Positions 16,325-22,820 of a stretch of DNA of 26,993 nt are shown in pieces. Origin of the DNA: a virus (taxonomy: Duplodnaviria; Caudoviricetes). The notes under the pieces were generated by a model. The model was not told the DNA's origin. It made no database searches and saw only the letters and a list, made by a program, of their open reading frames with translations. The DNA lies in the IMG/VR virus record IMGVR_UViG_3300038393_002651, positions 1-26,993 of that record. One strand, 5' to 3'. The position numbers and the translations under genes are program-made. Within the stretch, counting starts at the first letter, position 1. Every line of letters starts with the position of its first letter.

Positions 16325-16681
16325 TTAGCGCGCAGGCGCAGCATCCGGGCAATCCAACCCGTTTTGCGCGCACTCCTCGAGCTGCTTCATCCGTAGCTGC
16401 AATCGCTCGAGGCCCGCATCCGAAAGGCCCTGTAACGACGCAACGCATTCCGCATCGAGCGCGCGCACGATTTCGGCTTGCCAGCCGTACCAGGTGGCAA
16501 TGCGGTCAATTTCGCGTTCGCAGCGCCCGCGTGGTGTCTGATCGACGACCATCGGCGATGCGGTGTTGAATTCATGCACCTGGAAGAGACGAAGCGCCAA
16601 TGCTTCGGCGGACTCAGTGGGCTTCTTCGGGACAGCCTCACTCATCAGCTGACGCAAGCGCGCCACCTTTTCGTTCAACAT
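16325..16681 (-). CDS. Hypothetical protein co-oriented downstream of cI (118 aa, MLNEKVARL...)
   Basis: ATG 22 nt after the cI stop, within the listed 16325..16972 frame. Confidence 0.7.
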   Translation of the reverse strand: MLNEKVARLRQLMSEAVPKKPTESAEALALRLFQVHEFNTASPMVVDQTPRGRCEREIDRIATWYGWQAEIVRALDAECVASLQGLSDAGLERLQLRMKQLEECAQNGLDCPDAAPAR

Positions 16682-16703
16682 CGGATTCACCCGGAGCGAG
16701 CGG

Positions 16704-17141
16704 TTATGCGACCGCGGCGCGGACGAAGCGCAGCACCTTCGCCTGTGGCAGACCCTCTTCGAGCAACTCGAAGGCGAGCAGAGCCGCCTCCGCATGCTTG
16801 TGAGGTGGCAGCTCAAGGTTGCCTGATTCCAGGACCTCTGCCACCAGCTGGAAAGCCAGCTTAAGAACCTCACGTCGCTCGGGTTGAGACCAATATTCGG
16901 CGTGGTCCTCAGAAACGCGTTCAGCAGCCTGACCACCGAAGAGCAAGGCTCTGGGTGAGGTCTTCGCGCCATCGGCGATTTTGAAGAGCTGAACGGCCTT
17001 GACGTGTTCTGGCTTCACGTTATCTCGGAGCCAGCCGCTGATGGTGGCTTCGGTCGTGCCCGCTGCACGGGCAAGGCCGGCCGGCGACATCTCCTGCCGA
17101 TCCATCGCCTCTCGCAAGCGCTGGCCTAGTGTGTCCCCCAT
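16704..17141 (-). CDS. cI: Phage repressor, XRE HTH, with no S24 peptidase domain
   Basis: TLGQRLREAM...SPAGLARAAGTTEATISGWL; divergent from cro across the operators. Confidence 0.85.
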   Translation of the reverse strand: MGDTLGQRLREAMDRQEMSPAGLARAAGTTEATISGWLRDNVKPEHVKAVQLFKIADGAKTSPRALLFGGQAAERVSEDHAEYWSQPERREVLKLAFQLVAEVLESGNLELPPHKHAEAALLAFELLEEGLPQAKVLRFVRAAVA

Positions 17142-17142
17142 A

Positions 17143-17207
17143 CGTAAGCCAGCTTAAGGGTGAGGGGCTAAAGAGGGCTTGACGTGTGGCTTAAGACCTC
17201 TTAAGGT
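17143..17207. promoter_or_regulatory. pR/pRM switch with OR3 (17143-17158), OR2 (17168-17183) and OR1 (17190-17205)
   Basis: pR is TTGACG-17 bp-TAAGGT (+); pRM has -10 TAAGCT (minus strand, 17151-17156) with a poor -35; three CTTAAG-N4-CTTAAG-like sites. Confidence 0.85.
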
Positions 17208-17216
17208 CTGCCGCCA

Positions 17217-17489
17217 ATGGACAGGATCTCCAAACAAGAGTTGCGAGCCGCCCTGGGCGTGGAAACCGACGCTGAGGTCGCGGCGTTCTTCGACATCAGC
17301 CCGGCAGCTGTGAGCCAGTGGGGCGAAGACGCGCCGATCCCGGAGCTGCGGCAGTTGCAGGCCGCACAGCGGGAGCCCGATCGCTTCGGGCCCGAGGCAA
17401 TCGCCGAGATTCGCCTTCGCCTTCGAACCAGGGCCGCGGCGACAGGGGACGCGGCCCGATCGACCGATGACATGAGCGAGGCGGCCTGA
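17217..17489 (+). CDS. cro: Cro-like repressor
   Basis: AEVAAFFDISPAAVSQWGEDAPIPELRQLQ HTH; first gene after pR. Confidence 0.85.
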   Translation: MDRISKQELRAALGVETDAEVAAFFDISPAAVSQWGEDAPIPELRQLQAAQREPDRFGPEAIAEIRLRLRTRAAATGDAARSTDDMSEAA

Positions 17490-17490
17490 C

Positions 17491-17730
17491 ATGCGGTCAC
17501 CCTCTCGCACAACCTTCGTTCTGGTCTCGGCTGCGATCACGCTCGGTGTGCTTATGGTCGGCGCGTGCATTCTTGCCGCCCTCGATGACGCGGAGGCTCG
17601 CGTTCTGGAAGAAGAGTGCTGCCACATCGCCGTTTCCGTGTCGGGCGTCGAAGTGATGCAGCGCGCTGAAACGAAGGCACAGTCGGTCCATGAGTCGCAT
17701 CCTGCGCGACACGACGCGGTGAGCGCATGA
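17491..17730 (+). CDS. Hypothetical protein with N-terminal TM helix
   Basis: GAGG RBS, ATGA overlap with the next gene. Confidence 0.55.
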   Translation: MRSPSRTTFVLVSAAITLGVLMVGACILAALDDAEARVLEEECCHIAVSVSGVEVMQRAETKAQSVHESHPARHDAVSA

Positions 17731-18302
17731 AGCCCGCGACGCAGTTTCTGCCTCCGCGGCAATCGGTCATCTACGCGTACACACGCCGGATGCTCGACCA
17801 GACGGCCATGAATGCGAATTCGTTCGCGATGGTGGTGGCCGAGCTCTACTGCGCGAAGAACGCTCCAGATGTGCGTCACGTTGCGCTGCGCCTCGGCGAT
17901 GGTGATGACCTCTTCGAAGCGATGCGCGCGAACGGACAGACGCTGCGTCGCTATATGGACGGTACGGTCAAAGTGCTGCCGGCCGACCTTGAAGACGCGT
18001 GGGTGCTGGCGCTGCCTGAGCCCTATCGCAGTGACTGCGAGCGCGATCTCGCGCGGCGACGTGGGCGCTATAGCTTCGAACTGCCGGGGCACGTGGCCGG
18101 CGAGGACTTCGCATCCATCGGTCGTGTGATGGAGCAAGCCGGGGAACTGGTCACCGAATGGGGAAAGTCGGTGGCCGATGGAAAGCTCGATGCAGATGAG
18201 CTTTCAAGGATCGAGAACGAAACCGACGATGTGATCACCGCGCTGCTGCAGCTGCGGGCGTACGCGCGCGATCGAGCAAAACAGGGGGCTGGCGCTGCCT
18301 GA
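17727..18302 (+). CDS. cII-like phage regulatory protein
   Basis: Position after cro; C-terminal EAGEL...ADGKLDADELSRI pattern typical of CII/YmfL-like proteins. Confidence 0.6.
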   Translation: MKPATQFLPPRQSVIYAYTRRMLDQTAMNANSFAMVVAELYCAKNAPDVRHVALRLGDGDDLFEAMRANGQTLRRYMDGTVKVLPADLEDAWVLALPEPYRSDCERDLARRRGRYSFELPGHVAGEDFASIGRVMEQAGELVTEWGKSVADGKLDADELSRIENETDDVITALLQLRAYARDRAKQGAGAA

Positions 18303-18365
18303 GCAGCGACGGCTGTAGCGCGCGGAAACGTGCGCGGGGAAAGGAAGAGTAGGGGACGCGGGCAG

Positions 18366-18596
18366 ATGCCTGACGCCATGGATCACGTTCAGTCGTTCAA
18401 CGACGAGCACACAGCGGACGCGCTCTCGCGTCACGCATCACGCCCGCGACTTGTCGGGCGTACGCACTGTGCCAACCTCGATTGCGGCGAGCCCATCGGC
18501 GACGCACGCACGGCGTTGGGCGCACAGCTTTGCCTGCCATGCCAGAAGGCCGAGGAATCCCGCAACGCGCACCAGCAGGTTTGGAGGCAGCGTTGA
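18366..18596 (+). CDS. TraR/DksA C4-type zinc-finger protein
   Basis: MPDAMD N-terminal DxxD; C-x4-CGEPI..AR......CLPCQ. Confidence 0.85.
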   Translation: MPDAMDHVQSFNDEHTADALSRHASRPRLVGRTHCANLDCGEPIGDARTALGAQLCLPCQKAEESRNAHQQVWRQR

Positions 18597-18599
18597 GCC

Positions 18600-18812
18600 A
18601 TGGCCACCGCGCGATGCCATCGCAAGGCAACGCACACACAGCCGAACGCGGCAGCCTCGCGTGGTATGCGCGATGCATTGCAAGCGCTGTACAGCGAAGC
18701 GCCGATGTCGTCCGATGCGCAAGCCGAGACCTGGCACGCACTGCAACTCGTGCCAACAAGCAAACGGCAGGGCGACCTGTCGTTGACGCTGCCGGAGCCT
18801 GACTCCCGATGA
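18600..18812 (+). CDS. Hypothetical protein
   Basis: GGAGG upstream; follows the TraR-like gene by 3 nt. Confidence 0.5.
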   Translation: MATARCHRKATHTQPNAAASRGMRDALQALYSEAPMSSDAQAETWHALQLVPTSKRQGDLSLTLPEPDSR

Positions 18813-18979
18813 ATCCCTGCACGCTGCAGGCGGCGCTGCTCGCGCCGCATCGGACCGGTGCCCTCGCTCGTCGACGCGTCGAGTGCGCCCCATCTCCCCG
18901 TCAGGTTGGAAGCGACGCGGGGTCGCACTTCGAGTTCAGTAAGACCTCGGGCGGAGTGAGCAGCTGCATGGCCGGGCGT

Positions 18980-19021
18980 GGGTCCTCCCTAGGGGGTCCG
19001 CAAGCGGGTAGCTGGGGCCGC
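18980..19021 (+). other. Putative lambda-type cos (cosQ GGGTCCT at 18980-18986; cosN with predicted 12-nt end GGTAGCTGGGGC at 19007-19018)
   Basis: GGGTCCT followed 20 nt later by a 12-mer flanked by GCG/CGC symmetry, as in lambda cosQ-cosN; the phage has a GpA-type terminase. Confidence 0.65.
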
Positions 19022-19061
19022 AAAAACCACGTAGGTAGTGGGCTCGGGAGTTACTGAACCC

Positions 19062-21467
19062 ATGGCCGCCGCCAACTATGACGACGTCCTCGACCAGCTG
19101 CGCTCGGCTGGCCTGATCGTTGAGCGTCTTGAGGTCGGCACGCCTCGGCCGGTCCGCTGCAAGGTCGAAGGCGATCGCGAGAAGCGAGGCTGGTACAGCC
19201 TGCACGAGCTATCGGCGCCAGGTGGTGATCTGCTCATCGTCGGCAGCTTCGGCGTGTGGCGCGGCAACGACAACACGGCGCAGAAGGTCGAACTCCGGAA
19301 GCGCGAGATCTCGCAAGAGCAGCGCGAGGCGCTTCGTCGACGTTTGCTCGAGGACCGCAAGCGCGCCGACCAGCTGCGCCAGCGCGAAGCCGCTCGGGCC
19401 GCCGAAACTGCTGCGAAGGCCTGGGCCGCGCTGAGTGAAGATGGCGACGCCGACTATCTGGCGAGCAAGCACGTCGGCGCGTACGGTCTGCGCTTCACGA
19501 AGAACGGCAGCGCGGTGGTGCCGCTGCTCGACACCGCCGGCCGGATCCACGGCCTGCAGTTCCTGCGTACCGCCGCCCAGGCGAAGGCTTCGAAGCGGTT
19601 GGCGAAGGAGTACTGGCCGAGCGGCGTGGTGAAGAAGGGGCACTTCCACCTGATCGGCTCGCCCGACTGGTGCGTGCTCATCGCAGAGGGCTACGCCACC
19701 GCAGCCACGCTGCACATGGCCACGGGTAAGCCCGTGGCCGTCGCCTTCGACGCGGGCAACCTCCTGCCCGTCGCCGAGGCGCTGCGCAAACGCTACCCGC
19801 GCACGAAGATCCTCATCTGTGCCGACGACGACCTCCTCGGCAAGTGCCGAAACCAGGAGTGCAAAGCACCGCTGGTGCTCACCCGGCACCCGAAGGACTG
19901 CCCGGCCTGCGGCAAGCCGCACGGCTACGAAAACACCGGCGTCATGGGCGCGAGTGCCGCATCGCTCAGCGTGGGCGGGGCATGGATCACGCCGGCCTTC
20001 GAAGATCCCGATGCGATCGCGGATCGCTGGATCGGCGACGGCACGAAGCGCACCGACTTCAACGACCTGCACGCCGCCGAAGGTCTGCATGTCGTCCGCG
20101 TCCAGGTCGAGGCCAAACTCTCGGCGCTTGGCTGGGCGGCACAACTCGCGGGCGCCGCCACCTCCGCCAACGGGGGAGAGGGGAACGGCAAGCTGCAGGC
20201 GATCCAGTCGATCGAGGAGCTGCTCGAGCGCTTCGCCCTCGTGTACGCGCACGGAGGCGCAGTTTTCGATCGCCGCGAGCACCTGCTGATGTCGCTTTCG
20301 GATATGCGGGATGCCTGCATCCGCCGCGACATTCACCGTGCATGGGCAGAAAACCCGCAGCGCAGCATCGTGCGCATCCGCGAGGTCGGCTTCGATCCGA
20401 CCGAGCGCGATCCCACCATCACCTGCAACCTCTGGGGCGGCTGGCCAACCACGCCCAAGGCCGGCCGCTGCGACAAGCTGCTCGAGCTGCTGCGCTATAT
20501 GTGCAGCGGCGACCGGAATGCCGATCACCTCTACCGCTGGGTGCTGCGCTGGATCGCCTATCCGATCCAGCACCCCGGCGCGAAGATGAAGTCGACCGTC
20601 GTCGTGCACGGCCCACAGGGCACCGGCAAAAATCTGTTTTTCGAAGCGGTGATGAAGATCTACGGCGAGTACGGCGACGTGCTCGACCAGTCGGCGGTGG
20701 AGGACAAGTTCAACGACTGGGCCAGCCGCAAGCTCTTCATGATCGCTGACGAAGTGGTGGCGCGTTCCGACCTCTACCACATCAAGAACAAGCTCAAGGG
20801 TCTGATCACCGGCGACCGCATCCTGATCAACCCCAAGGGCTTCAAGTCGCACTGGGAGCGCAACCACCTCAACCTGGCGTTCCTCTCCAACGAAGCGATG
20901 CCGGTCGTGCTGGAAGAGGACGACCGTCGCCACTGTGTCATCTGGACGCCGGACAAGGCCGCGCCTGAGTTCTACTCCGAGGTCCTCGCCGAACTGCGCG
21001 ATGGCGGCGTCGAGGCTCTGCACGACTACCTGCTGAACCTCGACCTCGGCGACTTCGGTCCGGGCACGCACCCGCCGCTCACCGCGGCGAAGGCCGACCT
21101 AATCAACCTCGGCCTCGACAGCCCGCTGCGCTTCTACGACGAGCTAGTCGGCGCAGAGATTCCTGGTCTCGAGCCAATGCCGGGCCTGGCGCTCGACTGG
21201 TTCGAGATCTACCGCGTGTGGTGCGGCCGCCACAACCACCGCGCCGCGCCGCAGAACAAGTTCAGCAACCTGCTCAACCGCAAGCGCGACGTGCCCAACA
21301 CGAAGAAGCACTACCGCCCCGCGACTATACAAAAGGGTCCGCACGCCTTCCTCTACATGGGCGGCGCGGCTGGGCCGCCCGATGGCGGCATCGAGATGGA
21401 CTGGCTCGGCAACAACTCGGCCAGGGTCAAGGCGATGCTCGATGAGTACCGCGGGAGCGTGAAGTGA
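19062..21467 (+). CDS. Primase-helicase (TOPRIM + SF3/D5-like NTPase)
   Basis: IAEGYATA, VAFDAGNL, ICADDD, TDFNDLH; Walker A GPQGTGKN, Walker B MIADE, FLSN sensor, DDRR. Confidence 0.92.
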   Translation: MAAANYDDVLDQLRSAGLIVERLEVGTPRPVRCKVEGDREKRGWYSLHELSAPGGDLLIVGSFGVWRGNDNTAQKVELRKREISQEQREALRRRLLEDRKRADQLRQREAARAAETAAKAWAALSEDGDADYLASKHVGAYGLRFTKNGSAVVPLLDTAGRIHGLQFLRTAAQAKASKRLAKEYWPSGVVKKGHFHLIGSPDWCVLIAEGYATAATLHMATGKPVAVAFDAGNLLPVAEALRKRYPRTKILICADDDLLGKCRNQECKAPLVLTRHPKDCPACGKPHGYENTGVMGASAASLSVGGAWITPAFEDPDAIADRWIGDGTKRTDFNDLHAAEGLHVVRVQVEAKLSALGWAAQLAGAATSANGGEGNGKLQAIQSIEELLERFALVYAHGGAVFDRREHLLMSLSDMRDACIRRDIHRAWAENPQRSIVRIREVGFDPTERDPTITCNLWGGWPTTPKAGRCDKLLELLRYMCSGDRNADHLYRWVLRWIAYPIQHPGAKMKSTVVVHGPQGTGKNLFFEAVMKIYGEYGDVLDQSAVEDKFNDWASRKLFMIADEVVARSDLYHIKNKLKGLITGDRILINPKGFKSHWERNHLNLAFLSNEAMPVVLEEDDRRHCVIWTPDKAAPEFYSEVLAELRDGGVEALHDYLLNLDLGDFGPGTHPPLTAAKADLINLGLDSPLRFYDELVGAEIPGLEPMPGLALDWFEIYRVWCGRHNHRAAPQNKFSNLLNRKRDVPNTKKHYRPATIQKGPHAFLYMGGAAGPPDGGIEMDWLGNNSARVKAMLDEYRGSVK

Positions 21468-21474
21468 TCGCGCC

Positions 21475-21717
21475 TGTTCCGCACTCCGCATCTGTGCCGG
21501 GCCTGTTCCGCGCTGATGCTCCGAAGAAACCCGTTCAAGGCAAAGGCATGTTCCGCATGTTCCGCACCCGCGCCTCACGGGCGCATGCGGAGGCGTGCCA
21601 GCGCCAGCCAAGCGCGCGCGAACAGATCGCGCGCACGGGACGTATGCGGCACATGCGGAACATGCGGCACATGGCAGGCGCGGCGTGGCCTGCGCGTGTT
21701 CCGCACCCTGTTCCGCA
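21475..21717. repeat. Iteron cluster TGT(T/G)CCGCA, putative replication origin
   Basis: Direct copies at 21475, 21504, 21549, 21558, 21697 and 21709; three tandem inverted copies at 21645-21671; immediately after the primase gene. Confidence 0.75.
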
Positions 21718-21798
21718 TGCCACGGGCGAGGCACACGCGCGCGCGCGCCTTTCTTACACCCCTCGCTTCCAGAGGAAGGGAAAGGGAGGGCAGCCCTG

Positions 21799-22419
21799 AT
21801 GGCGCGCACCGCACCAGAGGACGCCGGCACTGCCAGCTTCGCCCGCTTCGCCCAGATCCTCGGCGAGCGATCCAAGAGCTACGTCACCCAGCTCAAGGCC
21901 GAGGGCCGCCTGGTGCTCACCGAGGACGGCAAGCGGGTGCGCATCCTCGAATCGATCGAGCTGATTCGGAAGACGGCAGATCCGTCTAAGGCCGGCGTGG
22001 TCGCCCGTCATGCCGCCGCTCGTACCGCCAGCGAGGCACAGGCCGACCAAGCGCCGGTTCCAGCGCCTGCGTCCGCCACGGAGGCGGGGGAGGAGGAGGA
22101 CAAGCCTGACGACGGCAACGACGGCCGCTACCAGCACTGGCGCGCCCGCAGCGAGCGCGCCAAGGCACTCGCCGCTGAGCGCGACAACCGCGTGCGCGAC
22201 GGCGAGTTGCTCGAGGCGCGCGATGTCGTCGCCGCCGCCAGCGCCGCCACCACCACTCTGCGCCAGCGCCTCGAATCGCTCGCCGATGTTCTTGGACCGC
22301 AGCTCGCGGCCGAGAATGACGAAGCCCGCTGTCGCGCACTTGTCGCCGAAGCTGTTGAGCACGCGCTCGATGAAACGTCCCGCCAGTTCGCCGCGCTCGC
22401 AAAGGACGGTACTCCGTGA
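21799..22419 (+). CDS. terS: Terminase small subunit (Nu1-like)
   Basis: GGGAGG RBS; N-terminal HTH SFARFAQILG..KSYVTQLKAEGRL; RARSERAKA...GELLEA coiled region. Confidence 0.8.
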   Translation: MARTAPEDAGTASFARFAQILGERSKSYVTQLKAEGRLVLTEDGKRVRILESIELIRKTADPSKAGVVARHAAARTASEAQADQAPVPAPASATEAGEEEDKPDDGNDGRYQHWRARSERAKALAAERDNRVRDGELLEARDVVAAASAATTTLRQRLESLADVLGPQLAAENDEARCRALVAEAVEHALDETSRQFAALAKDGTP

Positions 22420-22820
22420 CGGCCGCTCACACTGCGATTGCGTGGCAGGAGATCCGCGCGAAGCGCCAGGCAATCCGCGACGCCTGTACGCTGCCGGCGC
22501 GTTTCGCTGCGCTGTGCGATTACCAAGGTGCGCTCGCCGCGTTTGCCGCTAGTCACTGGCCCGAGTTCGAGCAGCACTTCGGACACGTTCCCGTGCCCTG
22601 CGCGCAGGCGGCCAACGAGCCAGCGATCGATGTTGCGCCGGCCGCCGGCGGCAAGCATCGCCGCACGCCGGCCGAGATCGAGGCTCTCGTCGCGCGTGCC
22701 CGCGAGCTCCGTGCGCAGACGCCACGACCTTCGAAGGCACGTGTCGCCGCCGCGCTCGGAATCAGCACGGGCTACCTCGCGGCCTTGCTGGCCTCGCACG
22801 CAGTCGAGTCTGGTCGATGA
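22416..22820 (+). CDS. Hypothetical protein with C-terminal HTH, between terS and terL
   Basis: GTGA/ATGA coupling; PSKARVAAALGISTGYLAALL. Confidence 0.7.
   Translation: MTAAHTAIAWQEIRAKRQAIRDACTLPARFAALCDYQGALAAFAASHWPEFEQHFGHVPVPCAQAANEPAIDVAPAAGGKHRRTPAEIEALVARARELRAQTPRPSKARVAAALGISTGYLAALLASHAVESGR

Noticed and set aside
18809-19057. 82-aa ORF before the primase
   Set aside because: Runs through the cos-like motif and has atypical composition; not called.
21475-21717. CRISPR array
   Set aside because: Repeats are 9 bp, in both orientations, without regular spacers; no cas genes.
21464-21799. 111-aa ORF with MFRMFR/MRHMRN repeats
   Set aside because: The repeats are the translation of origin iterons; coding status is unsupported, although the ORF does abut both neighbours.
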